Source: Bacilli bacterium
GTDB taxonomy: Bacteria; Bacillota_I; Bacilli_A; ML615J-28; CAG-313
Reading direction: 5' to 3'
DNA: 64,000 bases
Assembly (NCBI GenBank): GCA_045119035.1
Contig: JBGVCU010000034.1
Span: 2,626 to 66,625 of the forward strand
How positions within the stretch are numbered: position 1 is the stretch's first letter; each line of letters starts with the position of its first letter. The notes beneath the pieces were generated by a model, which was not told the DNA's origin, searched no databases, and saw only the letters and a list, made by a program, of their open reading frames with translations. The translations under genes and the position numbers were made by a program. Shown in pieces: positions 40,568-50,689 of this stretch.

Positions 40568-40849
40568 TTATCTTATAAATAGTTCTGAATGACTACCTAG
40601 TCTAGTTAAAACTAATGTAAGTGTATTATTTTCAATATAATAAATTAGTAACCAATCAGGTTCGATATGACATTCTCTAAAACCAATGTAGTATCCTGTT
40701 AATGCATGATCATTGTATTTTTTATCAAGTATTTCTTTATTTGCAAGTTTGTTTATTATTTCGAAAAGTTTATTAAGATTTTTATTTTGTTTTTTAGCAA
40801 GTTTAATATCTTTTTAAAATTTACTCGAAAACTTTACTTGCAACTGCAT
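40568..40849 (-). pseudogene. yafQ: YafQ-family mRNA interferase toxin with a premature stop at codon 12
   Basis: MQLQVKFSSKF*KDIKLAKKQ...DHALTG...RECHIEPDWLLIY...RLGSHSELF; TAA at 40816-40814; absent from the ORF track. Confidence 0.9.
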
Positions 40850-40850
40850 A

Positions 40851-41123
40851 CTATACCTCTAAAGCTTTTTTTAATTCTTCTATAGATGGATATCCTTTAG
40901 TATAATCGTTTGCTAATTTTATACTTTCATTAATTGCTTCTAAAGTCTCAGAATTTACAGTTGTTGACTTAATTTCAAAAGGAATTCCTTTTACTCTAAT
41001 TACTTGTCTTAAAAAAATATTAATTGCTGTAGACATATTTAATCCAAGCTCTTCAAATATTTTTTCTGATGCTTTTTTAACATTTTCATCAATACGAACA
41101 TTTAAATTTGACGTTTTATTCAT
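40851..41123 (-). CDS. dinJ: RelB/DinJ-family antitoxin
   Basis: LNVRIDENVK...LGLNMSTAINIFL.Q...GIPF. Confidence 0.92.
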   Translation of the reverse strand: MNKTSNLNVRIDENVKKASEKIFEELGLNMSTAINIFLRQVIRVKGIPFEIKSTTVNSETLEAINESIKLANDYTKGYPSIEELKKALEV

Positions 41124-41140
41124 AAAACACCTCCAATAGT

Positions 41141-41169
41141 ATTATATTAAAATGTAAAGTAAATGTCAA
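41141..41169 (-). promoter_or_regulatory. sigma-A promoter of the TA operon
   Basis: TTGACA-17 bp-TATAAT. Confidence 0.8.
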
Positions 41170-41233
41170 TACATTATATATACAACTAATAAATTAAAAA
41201 GATTATTGTTTTTAAACAATAATCTTTTTGTTT

Positions 41234-41845
41234 CTATTCAGCAGTATATTCTTCTTGTGCTTCAACAGGTTCATTAACTAATGGTTGTTCTGTTTTTCCT
41301 ACTAAATCACAATAGAAGTCATATTTAGCAGTTTCCATTCTTGGATATACCCAGAATGTTAAAATACCAAATGTTAAGAAACATAAGAACATCCATCCAA
41401 TGTAACTAAATTGAAGACAGAATAATTTCCATTTATGTCCATCCATAATTTCTCTACTTCTTGTAATACATTGATCTGCGTCAAGTTCTGGATGATCAAG
41501 TGAAATATAATAAGCCATTGAATATGAGAATGATTTAATAATTCCTGGAATAATTAAACATAAAGTCCATAATAAAATATAAATATATTGTAATAGACCT
41601 AATACTAAATATTTTACGAAATCTTTAAATCCATCGAATAATGTTGCTACTTCAATTTTTTGATTTTGATAATTTTTAACAATTAACATTGCAAACCCTG
41701 CAGTAAGTGGACCTACGATAATAAAACCAATACCTGAAGATGCTCCAACGATTAATGAAATAATAAAGTATGATAGTGCTAATGTACCAATTTGATTTTC
41801 GCAATATAAATGTGCTTTTTGACGATATTCTCTTGCTTTTTTCAT
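41234..41845 (-). CDS. DUF975 family membrane protein
   Basis: LWTLCLIIPGIIKSFSYSMAYYI, SREIMDGHKWKLFCL.FSYIGW. Confidence 0.9.
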   Translation of the reverse strand: MKKAREYRQKAHLYCENQIGTLALSYFIISLIVGASSGIGFIIVGPLTAGFAMLIVKNYQNQKIEVATLFDGFKDFVKYLVLGLLQYIYILLWTLCLIIPGIIKSFSYSMAYYISLDHPELDADQCITRSREIMDGHKWKLFCLQFSYIGWMFLCFLTFGILTFWVYPRMETAKYDFYCDLVGKTEQPLVNEPVEAQEEYTAE

Positions 41846-41972
41846 ACTACTTCTCCTTTAATATAATTTTACAATAACATTATATATTATTATTTTAAAA
41901 ATATCAAATATTTAATTAAAAAATCAGTGTATTATTTAATACACTGATAATTTTACTGCTATTTAATTGATC

Positions 41973-42572
41973 TTATCTGTTGTAGAATTCAACGATTAAG
42001 TTTTCTTTAACATCTGCTAAGATTTCATGTCTTTCAGGATATCTTACAAATGTTCCAGAGAATCCATTTTCATCATAAGAAACGAAAGGAACTCTTGATA
42101 CTGCATTTTCTAAAGCTTCTTGAACGATAGCAAATTTTTGTGCTTTTTCTTTTAATGAAATAACTTGTCCAGGTTTAACAAGTAATGATGGGATATCACA
42201 TTTTTTACCATCTAATAATACATGTCCATGGTTAACAAGTTGTCTTGCTTGTCTACGAGTAGATGCAAAACCTAAACGGTATACTAAGTTATCAATTCTT
42301 GATTCTAATAAGAATAAGAAGTTGTCCCCATGTTTACCTTGTAATTTTCCAGCTTTATTAAATAAGTTTCTGAATTGTTTTTCTCCTACACCGTAAGTGA
42401 AACGTACCTTTTGTTTTTCTTGTAATTGAATACCATATTCAGATAATTTTGCACGGCGTTGTCCGTGTTGCCCAGGGGCATAATTTCTTTTTTGTAATTC
42501 TTCACCAGTTTCAAGTAAAGAATATCTTAATCTTCTTGCTTGTTTCCAAGCTGGTCCAGTATAACGTGCCAT
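41973..42572 (-). CDS. rpsD: 30S ribosomal protein S4
   Basis: [46 protein letters not shown]. Confidence 0.99.
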   Translation of the reverse strand: MARYTGPAWKQARRLRYSLLETGEELQKRNYAPGQHGQRRAKLSEYGIQLQEKQKVRFTYGVGEKQFRNLFNKAGKLQGKHGDNFLFLLESRIDNLVYRLGFASTRRQARQLVNHGHVLLDGKKCDIPSLLVKPGQVISLKEKAQKFAIVQEALENAVSRVPFVSYDENGFSGTFVRYPERHEILADVKENLIVEFYNR

Positions 42573-42589
42573 ATTTTTTACCTCCTAAA

Positions 42590-42735
42590 TAGCTATGTTG
42601 TCGATAAAAATTCATACCATCTTCTAAGATAGATTATCCAAGTGTTTTCTCCTAAGCAGCGAGGGTACTACCATCCAATGTGTGATAATCTAAGACTTCT
42701 AAGACATGTGAATGCTGCCTTTATCGCACTGGTTT
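42590..42735 (-). ncRNA. Structured rpsD 5' leader (probable S4 autoregulatory element)
   Basis: Nested complementary blocks CGATAAA/TTTATCG, AGATTATC/GATAATCT, GCAGC/GCTGC between promoter and RBS. Confidence 0.6.
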
Positions 42736-42748
42736 TTTAACCTTATGT

Positions 42749-42777
42749 ATTATATCACAAATACATCAATTTGTCAA
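42749..42777 (-). promoter_or_regulatory. rpsD sigma-A promoter
   Basis: TTGACA-17 bp-TATAAT with extended TG. Confidence 0.85.
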
Positions 42778-42800
42778 ACTATTAACTTTTGTTTAAAACA

Positions 42801-44789
42801 TTACTCTTCTAAGATATAATCGTAAACTATTTCAACATCTTCATCCATGCCTATGAATGCGTCAATTTTTTCAATGCTTTCCCATTCTTCTTGTGAGCCT
42901 TCATAATTGATAGTTGAAATACTACTATTAGCAAATGCACCAGGAGCTAATGTTTTAATAGATTTTGGTAAATAGATTTCAGTTAACATATTACAAGATT
43001 CAAATGCACTATAATCAATTAACTCTACACTATTTCCTATTACTACATTTTGAAGATATGTACAAGAAATAAACATATTGTTTGGAATATATTTTAAGCC
43101 ATTTCCTAATTTAATTGTTTTTAAATAGCTGCATCCTGAAAAAGCACTATGACCAATTTCAACAACACTATCAGGAATAGTTATACTATATAAATTATCA
43201 CATTCACTAAAGGCGCTATTTCCAATTGTTTTTACACTTTCTGGTATCTTAATAGATGAAAATGTACATTCCCAAAACGCATATTCACCGATATGTTCTA
43301 CAGTATCTTGAATATATGTTACTGATGAACCGGCAATTAATGTATTGGTTGCTTTTTCAATAATTGCATCACAGCCATTTCTAGAATCATATACTCTATT
43401 AGCTGAATCAACAGTAATTGAAGTAGCATAAGGGAATGAATTATGTTTAATATTTATAACATTACTAGGAATATGGAGAGATTTTAATGATTCAGCTCCT
43501 ATTAAAATATCTTCATCGATATATTTTACATTAATTCCAATTTTAAGTTCATTTAAATTATAACATCCAACAAAAGCACGTTGTCCGATTTGTGTAATGC
43601 GATCTGATAATGTAATTTTTTCTAAGTTTGATTGAGATTCAAAAGCTTCTTCTAAGATAATTTTACAATTATCATGAATATCAAATGTTGGAGTAGTTAT
43701 TTCAACAGTATCAACAAGAACTAAAAACGGATTTCCTTCATTACCAATGTAATATCCACCATTATATTCTGTAACAGAACCGTACTCAGAAATATTTATA
43801 AAATTATCTTTTGCAATATATTCAATGCTATTTGGAATACTTACTTTTTCTGCATATGCAATAGCATATGGTTCAATAATTTTTACATTATTTCCAAGAA
43901 TAACTTCACTAGCTGTATATAAACATCCTTTTGATAAAACTTCAACACCATCACCTACTACAACTTTTTCTAAACTTACGCAGTCACTAAATGCATTTTC
44001 GCCAATAAATGTTACACTATCTGGAATAATTATTTCTGTTAAAGAGGAACAATTAGAAAAGGCAAATTCTTCAATCGATTTTACTCCTTCACCTATTACA
44101 ATATTTTTTAGGCTAGTAAAATTTTGAAATTGCATAGATGTAATCTCTGTTATATTATTACCAATCACAATTGATTCTAAAGATGTTTGCAAGTCACTAT
44201 CAAGTTCAAAACTTGTAACAGGAAGACCATTATATTCATTAGGAATTACAATAGTATCTACATCATAAGGACTTTCGTAATTATAACCAGTTCCATCTTC
44301 ATTTAAATCAAAATAACTGTTTGGTGTATAATATTCACCATTACAATGAATACAAAAATTATCTACATATTCGTGTTCTAATATAGGAGTTTCAACTTGT
44401 TCAACTAAAATAGTTTCACATACAGAACAAATTTGTCCTTCAGATAAACCTGTCTCATAACAAGTTGCCTCGACTGAATCAATAATTTGAGGTGTATGAG
44501 GTAATATTTCTATTTCTTCTTCATATGTCTCAATACATAAATCTTCACTACATTTAAATTGTTTATATCCCACACTTGTACATGTCGGTTCAATTGTATT
44601 TTGTAATACCCAATTATGTGTATGCTCAGGAACATTTGGGTCTGATCCTGGGTTAGATGGTGTTGATGGATTATTATCACCACTAGAAGGATCATTAGAT
44701 GCTCCTAGTCCACTTAGTAATATGATTATTCCAACTGCAGCAACTATAACTATAGGTATAATTATTAATATTATTCTTTTTAGTTTCAT
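42801..44789 (-). CDS. BspA-type leucine-rich repeat surface protein
   Basis: N-terminal TM, His/Cys EPTCT/EATC repeats, many IPDSV..IG..AF..C..L repeats. Confidence 0.9.
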   Translation of the reverse strand: MKLKRIILIIIPIVIVAAVGIIILLSGLGASNDPSSGDNNPSTPSNPGSDPNVPEHTHNWVLQNTIEPTCTSVGYKQFKCSEDLCIETYEEEIEILPHTPQIIDSVEATCYETGLSEGQICSVCETILVEQVETPILEHEYVDNFCIHCNGEYYTPNSYFDLNEDGTGYNYESPYDVDTIVIPNEYNGLPVTSFELDSDLQTSLESIVIGNNITEITSMQFQNFTSLKNIVIGEGVKSIEEFAFSNCSSLTEIIIPDSVTFIGENAFSDCVSLEKVVVGDGVEVLSKGCLYTASEVILGNNVKIIEPYAIAYAEKVSIPNSIEYIAKDNFINISEYGSVTEYNGGYYIGNEGNPFLVLVDTVEITTPTFDIHDNCKIILEEAFESQSNLEKITLSDRITQIGQRAFVGCYNLNELKIGINVKYIDEDILIGAESLKSLHIPSNVINIKHNSFPYATSITVDSANRVYDSRNGCDAIIEKATNTLIAGSSVTYIQDTVEHIGEYAFWECTFSSIKIPESVKTIGNSAFSECDNLYSITIPDSVVEIGHSAFSGCSYLKTIKLGNGLKYIPNNMFISCTYLQNVVIGNSVELIDYSAFESCNMLTEIYLPKSIKTLAPGAFANSSISTINYEGSQEEWESIEKIDAFIGMDEDVEIVYDYILEE

Positions 44790-44893
44790 AAGTATTACTC
44801 CTTTAAAAGTTTTTAAGATTTCATACATTATACACTTTAATAATAATTTTTTCAAGATAAATAGAAAAAGAAAAAATAGTGATTATTTAACCA

Positions 44894-45532
44894 CTATTTT
44901 TTTGTATATTTAATTGGATCAGATTTATCTGATGTTTTCATAAGTTTTGTTTCTTCTGTTTGAAGATAAATATAATAAGTGACTCCATTTTTTAAACTAT
45001 TAATGTTTGATAAGTTATATGTTGTATATTTTGTTGAAATCTGTGTAACGTAGTTTCCATTAATATCAGTTACTATTATAGTGTATTTATTAGCTGCTTC
45101 AACTGGATCAAAACTAATAATATTTTCTGTAATAACAATATTAGTAGGACAGTCATATTTTACTGGTCTTTTAATAATAAATCCGAAAATGGTTACACCA
45201 ACCATTATAATAATAAATATAGCAATCCAAATTTTTTCTTTCAAATTAAATTTTTGTTTTGCTTTATTTTCTATACATTGTTCCTTTTTTGTTTCAATAT
45301 ATTTATTAATACTTGGAATAAAACTTGAAAAGCGAATATTTTTATCATAATTATTTTTAAATTCTGTAATTATTTCTTCAATTACTTTTTCTGTAGATTG
45401 ACTTTTAATAGAATAGCTTCTTATTTCTTTGATTATTTTTTCAAGAAACATTTTATATTCGCCAGTAAATTGTTTTATACTTTTTTTATTATCTTTTAAT
45501 AGTTTATTATATAGTTCATTCATATTTATCAC
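44894..45532 (-). CDS. Single-pass membrane protein with a C-terminal Fn3-like domain
   Basis: One TM followed by ISFDPVEAANKYTI...LKNGVTYYI beta pattern. Confidence 0.6.
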   Translation of the reverse strand: MINMNELYNKLLKDNKKSIKQFTGEYKMFLEKIIKEIRSYSIKSQSTEKVIEEIITEFKNNYDKNIRFSSFIPSINKYIETKKEQCIENKAKQKFNLKEKIWIAIFIIIMVGVTIFGFIIKRPVKYDCPTNIVITENIISFDPVEAANKYTIIVTDINGNYVTQISTKYTTYNLSNINSLKNGVTYYIYLQTEETKLMKTSDKSDPIKYTKK

Positions 45533-45578
45533 CTATTTAAAACAATAGAGGTTTATTAATAAACCTCTATTTATTTTA

Positions 45579-46334
45579 CTATTTTAAAGCAGCTTTAGTG
45601 AAGTAAATGAAATCTTCAGCAACTAAGCTTGCACCACCGATTAATGCACCATCAATATGAGGTTGAGCCATTAATTCATCGATATTGTTTACTTTAACAC
45701 TTCCACCATATTGAATTCTAATAGTTTCAGCTACTTCGTTACCATATAAACTTTCAACAACGCTTCTTACATATCCACATGTTTCATTAGCCATTTCAGC
45801 TGTAGCTGTTTTACCAGTACCAATAGCCCAAATTGGTTCATATGCAATAACAAGTTGTTTTACTTGTTCAGGAGTAAGCCCTTCAAGGTCAGCTCTTACT
45901 TGTTTATTAATTAATTCTTCAGTTAATCCATTTTCTCTTTCGTATAGTGATTCACCAACGCAAAGAATTGGAGTTAATCCATATTCATATGCAGCATGTA
46001 ATTTTTTATTAATAGCTTCGTCTGTTTCATTAAACATTGCTCTACGTTCGCTATGTCCAAGAACAACATATGATACTTCAGTAGTTTGTAACATGCTTCC
46101 AGAGATTTCTCCAGTAAAAGCACCTTCTTTAGCGTAATGCATGTTTTGAGCACCAATTCTTAAGTTTTCTCCTTGACGTTTAACAAGGCAACGTAAATTA
46201 ATAAATGGAGCACAAATAACGCTATCAACTAAGTCAATTGATGGAACTTGGTTATTAACTTTATAGATGAATTCTAAAGCTTCATCTCTAGTTTTAAACA
46301 TTTTCCAGTTTCCTGCAATAATTGGTTTTCTCAT
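45579..46334 (-). CDS. tpiA: Triosephosphate isomerase
   Basis: [34 protein letters not shown]. Confidence 0.98.
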   Translation of the reverse strand: MRKPIIAGNWKMFKTRDEALEFIYKVNNQVPSIDLVDSVICAPFINLRCLVKRQGENLRIGAQNMHYAKEGAFTGEISGSMLQTTEVSYVVLGHSERRAMFNETDEAINKKLHAAYEYGLTPILCVGESLYERENGLTEELINKQVRADLEGLTPEQVKQLVIAYEPIWAIGTGKTATAEMANETCGYVRSVVESLYGNEVAETIRIQYGGSVKVNNIDELMAQPHIDGALIGGASLVAEDFIYFTKAALK

Positions 46335-46348
46335 TTTATTCACCAATA

Positions 46349-47542
46349 TTATTCAACATCATTTAAGCAAGTAACACCTGGTAAAGCTTTACCTTCTAAG
46401 TATTCTAAACTTGCTCCACCACCTGTAGAAATGTGGCTGAATTTTTCTTCATATCCTAAAGAGATTGCAGCAGCTGCACTATCTCCACCACCAATGATTG
46501 TGATTGCGTCTAAGTTAGATAACATTTCACAAACAGCTAAAGTACCTTTAGCAAATGGAGCGAATTCGAATACACCCATAGGTCCATTCCATACAACAGT
46601 TTTAGCACCTTCTAATTCTTTAGCAAATAATTCGATAGTTTTAGGTCCTACATCTAATCCCATATCGTCATCAGCAAAATCTTCACGAGCAACAGCTTGA
46701 TGAGCTGCATCTTCAGCAAATTCTTTTGCAACAACGTTGTCTACTGGTAAAACAATTTTACCTTCTGCTTTTTCTAATAATCCTTTTGCGAAATCAACGA
46801 AATCATCTTCGCATTTTGAAGTACCAACATTAAGTCCTAATGCTTTGTAGAATGTATAAGCCATTGCTCCACCGATTAAGATTTTGTCAGCTTTGTTTAA
46901 TAAGTTTTCAATAACAGAGATTTTATCAGATACTTTTGCTCCACCTAAAATAGCAACAAATGGTCTAGCAGGTTGATCTACAGCTCCACCAATGAATTTA
47001 ATTTCTTTTTCTAGTAAGAATCCACTTACTGAATCTTTAATGTTTGCAGCAATACCAGCATTAGAAGCATGAGCTCTATGAGCAGTACCGAATGCATCGT
47101 TTACAAATACATCCCCTAAACTTGCCCAATATGCACCAAGTTCTGGATTATTTTTAGATTCTTTTTTACCATCTAAATCTTCGTATCTAGTATTTTGGAA
47201 CATTAATACTTCACCATCTTGTAAATCATTAATAGCATCTTCTAATACTTTTCCACGAGTTGCATCGATGAATACAACTTTCTTTTGTAATTGAATTGCA
47301 AGTTCTCTTGCTACTGGTTCTAATGAGTTTTTCTTTAAATCTTCTTCAGATTTAACACGTCCTAAGTGTGAAAATAAAATTACTTTTGCACCATGTTCGA
47401 TTGCATAGTTAATTGTAGGTAATGCTTGGATAATACGGTTTTTATCAGTAATTACTCCATTTTTCATTGGAACGTTGAAATCAACGCGCATTAATACTTT
47501 TTTACCTTTTAATTCTAAATCACGAATGTTTCTTTTTGCCAT
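46349..47542 (-). CDS. pgk: Phosphoglycerate kinase
   Basis: [46 protein letters not shown]. Confidence 0.99.
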   Translation of the reverse strand: MAKRNIRDLELKGKKVLMRVDFNVPMKNGVITDKNRIIQALPTINYAIEHGAKVILFSHLGRVKSEEDLKKNSLEPVARELAIQLQKKVVFIDATRGKVLEDAINDLQDGEVLMFQNTRYEDLDGKKESKNNPELGAYWASLGDVFVNDAFGTAHRAHASNAGIAANIKDSVSGFLLEKEIKFIGGAVDQPARPFVAILGGAKVSDKISVIENLLNKADKILIGGAMAYTFYKALGLNVGTSKCEDDFVDFAKGLLEKAEGKIVLPVDNVVAKEFAEDAAHQAVAREDFADDDMGLDVGPKTIELFAKELEGAKTVVWNGPMGVFEFAPFAKGTLAVCEMLSNLDAITIIGGGDSAAAAISLGYEEKFSHISTGGGASLEYLEGKALPGVTCLNDVE

Positions 47543-47723
47543 TTTCTTCTTCCTTTCTTAAAGTCTTTTTAAAAAAAGACTATATCTACATTTATTTATT
47601 ATACTATATCCGTATTTTTTTTGCAATAAATAAACAATTAACAAAATAAATTTTTTTGTTATAAGCCATTTGTAAAGTTTTTTAACGAAGTTGCATATAC
47701 TAATTTTGTAAAGGGGTTATGAT

Positions 47724-49454
47724 ATGTGCGGAATAATTGGCTGTAGTTTAAGTAAAAGTAGTAATTATAATATTTTAAAGCAATTAGCAAAATTAGAATA
47801 TCGAGGATATGATTCATGTGGAGTGACTGATTTAATTAATAATCAGTTTTTTACTTTTAAATCAACTTTTAGAATTGATGATTTAATTAAACAAAGAAAT
47901 ACTAAAAGTAATATATCAATTGCACATACAAGGTGGGCTACACATGGAGATGTTTCATTATCCAATTGTCATCCTATACAAAGTAGTAACAAAGAATATG
48001 CAATAGTTCATAACGGAATAATAGAAAATTATTTAGAATTAAAATCAAAATATTTATCTAATTATACATTTAACACCACAACTGATACAGAAATAATTAT
48101 TAATTTATTTGAAGAATTAAACAAAAATAATTCGCCAATTAAATCACTATACATGTTAACAAAAATGTTAAAAGGCAATTACGCATGTCTTCTTTTAGAA
48201 AAACAAACAGAGAAAATATATTTCATTAAAAATAAGAGTCCTCTGTTATTAGGTATTGGTAAAGATTTAATTTTATCTTCAGATATAATTGGATTTAATA
48301 ATGAAATTAAAAAATATTATAGACTAAAAGATTATGAGTATGGTTTTATTCACAAGAATAGTTTTAAAATTTTTAATGATAATAAAGAAATAGAAGTTAA
48401 TTTTAATGATAATTTAGAAGAAAATATTTCGTATGAATTAGATAATTATAATCATTTTATGATAAAAGAGATATATGAAACAAAGGATCTTTTAAAAAAA
48501 CATATTAAAATGAATTTTGATGAAAGTATTAAAAATTATTTGACTTCTTCAAAAAGAGTAATATTAATTGGAAGTGGCACTTCTTATCACGCTGCAAGCT
48601 TAGGAGCATATTTTTTTAAGAATATAACAAAGATAGAATCATATGCATATATATCTAGTGAGTTCAGATATTATGATTTTTATAATCAAGATGATTTATT
48701 TATTGTGGTTAGTCAATCAGGAGAAACAGCAGATTTAATAAAAGTCATTAATGAAATTAAAAAATATAATCACAAAATTATTTCTATTACCAATAGTTCA
48801 AAAAATACTATTTCTACATTATGTGATTATAATATAAACATTCATGCAGGAATTGAAATGGCTGTGGCCTCAACTAAAACATATACAATTAGCTCTTTTG
48901 TATTATATAAACTTGCATGTTTAAAAAATAATTTATACGATGAAAGCAGTATTATAAAAGTAATTAATAAAATAGATGATGTTTTTAGGAATGAAGTATT
49001 AATTAAACAAATTGCAAACAAAATACATAAATCACAAAGTTTATTTCATATTGGATGCGGTTATGATAATTTAATCTGTAATGAGGCAAGTCTTAAACTA
49101 AAAGAAATAAGTTATATTCATTCTGAAAGTATTTCTGGAGGAGAATTGAAACATGGGACAATTTCTTTAATAGAGGAAAATTTCCCAGTCATCGTGTATA
49201 TTAGTGGTAATGATTCAAGCTTAATTAGACATAATATTGAAGAAATTAAATCAAGAAAAGCAAGTGTTATAATTATATCAAATAAAAAATATTCACTGGA
49301 TACTGACGACATTATTATCGATATTGATGATAATAATTTATGTTTTATTCCGTTTGGAATAGTACTCCAATTAATAGCTTATTACACTGCATTACTGTTA
49401 AAAAGAGATATTGATAAGCCTAGAAATCTAGCAAAAAGTGTGACGGTTTTATAA
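47724..49454 (+). CDS. glmS: Glutamine-fructose-6-phosphate aminotransferase
   Basis: MCGIIG, EYRGYDS, HTRWATHG, SQSGETAD, LKLKEISY, DKPRNLAKSVTV. Confidence 0.95.
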   Translation: MCGIIGCSLSKSSNYNILKQLAKLEYRGYDSCGVTDLINNQFFTFKSTFRIDDLIKQRNTKSNISIAHTRWATHGDVSLSNCHPIQSSNKEYAIVHNGIIENYLELKSKYLSNYTFNTTTDTEIIINLFEELNKNNSPIKSLYMLTKMLKGNYACLLLEKQTEKIYFIKNKSPLLLGIGKDLILSSDIIGFNNEIKKYYRLKDYEYGFIHKNSFKIFNDNKEIEVNFNDNLEENISYELDNYNHFMIKEIYETKDLLKKHIKMNFDESIKNYLTSSKRVILIGSGTSYHAASLGAYFFKNITKIESYAYISSEFRYYDFYNQDDLFIVVSQSGETADLIKVINEIKKYNHKIISITNSSKNTISTLCDYNINIHAGIEMAVASTKTYTISSFVLYKLACLKNNLYDESSIIKVINKIDDVFRNEVLIKQIANKIHKSQSLFHIGCGYDNLICNEASLKLKEISYIHSESISGGELKHGTISLIEENFPVIVYISGNDSSLIRHNIEEIKSRKASVIIISNKKYSLDTDDIIIDIDDNNLCFIPFGIVLQLIAYYTALLLKRDIDKPRNLAKSVTVL

Positions 49455-50689
49455 TGAAAAATTACTTTGGAACTGATGGTATTAGAAATAATCACAACTT
49501 TTTTATAGAAAATAATTTTGCACTTAACTTAGGAAAAGCTCTTGGAATGTTAAAATATGATAATATTTATATTGGCTATGATACAAGATTTAGTAGTCAA
49601 ACCATAACATATTATTTAATATCAGGCCTACTTGCAAGTGGTAAAAATATATATCTTTTAGATATTGCATCTACTCCATGTATTCAATATTATACATGTT
49701 TAAATAATACTTTAGGGATATCCGTTACAGCAAGCCATAATGATTTTTTGGATAATGGAATTAAGATATTCATTAATGGAGAAAAAATTAATGAAGAATT
49801 AAAAATAATTATTGAAAAAAATTTAAATTATGTATTAAATGACAAATCAAAAATCGACTTAAAATATTATGGTAAACTTCATAAACAAAATATTTTTAAA
49901 TATTTAGAATATCTTAAAAAGAAAAAAACTAATACAAAATATATGCTACTTGATACAGCAAACGGATCTGGTTCATATATAGGACAATATGTATTTGATA
50001 ATTTAATTAATAATAAACCTAATGGATTTAATATTAATAATAATTGCGGGTCAACTAATATTTCAAATCTTAAGAACTATTTACATCAATATAACTATAT
50101 ATTTAGTCTTGATGGTGATGCAGATAGAATCATTATAATGGATCATTTTGAAAATATTTATACAGGTGATATTATTTTATATATTATAAATAAATATTTA
50201 GTTAAAAGTAATCAAGTTGTGCTATCTAAAATAACGAACAAAGGTGTTATTGAATTATTTGAAAAAAACAATGTAAAAGTATATCTTAGTGATATTGGTG
50301 ATTCTTCTTTATATGAAGAAATGAAAAAAACTAATTCAATTATAGGCGCAGAACCATCTGGACACATCATTAATTTACAAAATAGCAATTTCGGTGATGG
50401 TATTAAAAATGCAATTGATGTTGTTGATATTATTAATAAATATAATTTAGATTTAAATAAGATATATAGTTTGATTAATTTTTACCCTGAACTAAGTATT
50501 AATTTAAAAAATCTTACTAACGAAAATATTGAAAAAATAAAAGATATTTTAGATTCACAAAATAATATCGATTATATTTTTAGAAAAAGTGGCACAGAAA
50601 ATGTTCATAGATTATATGTCACATCTAAAAATAAGGAGATATTAAATAATATTAAATTAGAAATTGATAAAGTATTAGGATATGAATAA
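49454..50689 (+). CDS. glmM: Phosphoglucosamine mutase
   Basis: YFGTDGIR, TASHN, DGDADR, GAEPSGH, RKSGTE; lies between glmS and glmU. Confidence 0.88.
   Translation: MKNYFGTDGIRNNHNFFIENNFALNLGKALGMLKYDNIYIGYDTRFSSQTITYYLISGLLASGKNIYLLDIASTPCIQYYTCLNNTLGISVTASHNDFLDNGIKIFINGEKINEELKIIIEKNLNYVLNDKSKIDLKYYGKLHKQNIFKYLEYLKKKKTNTKYMLLDTANGSGSYIGQYVFDNLINNKPNGFNINNNCGSTNISNLKNYLHQYNYIFSLDGDADRIIIMDHFENIYTGDIILYIINKYLVKSNQVVLSKITNKGVIELFEKNNVKVYLSDIGDSSLYEEMKKTNSIIGAEPSGHIINLQNSNFGDGIKNAIDVVDIINKYNLDLNKIYSLINFYPELSINLKNLTNENIEKIKDILDSQNNIDYIFRKSGTENVHRLYVTSKNKEILNNIKLEIDKVLGYE

Noticed and set aside
42900-44200. Repeated sequence blocks in the BspA gene
   Set aside because: Ordinary LRR_5 protein repeats.
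47545-47723. glmS ribozyme
   Set aside because: Conserved core (AGCGCC...GACGAGG) not present.
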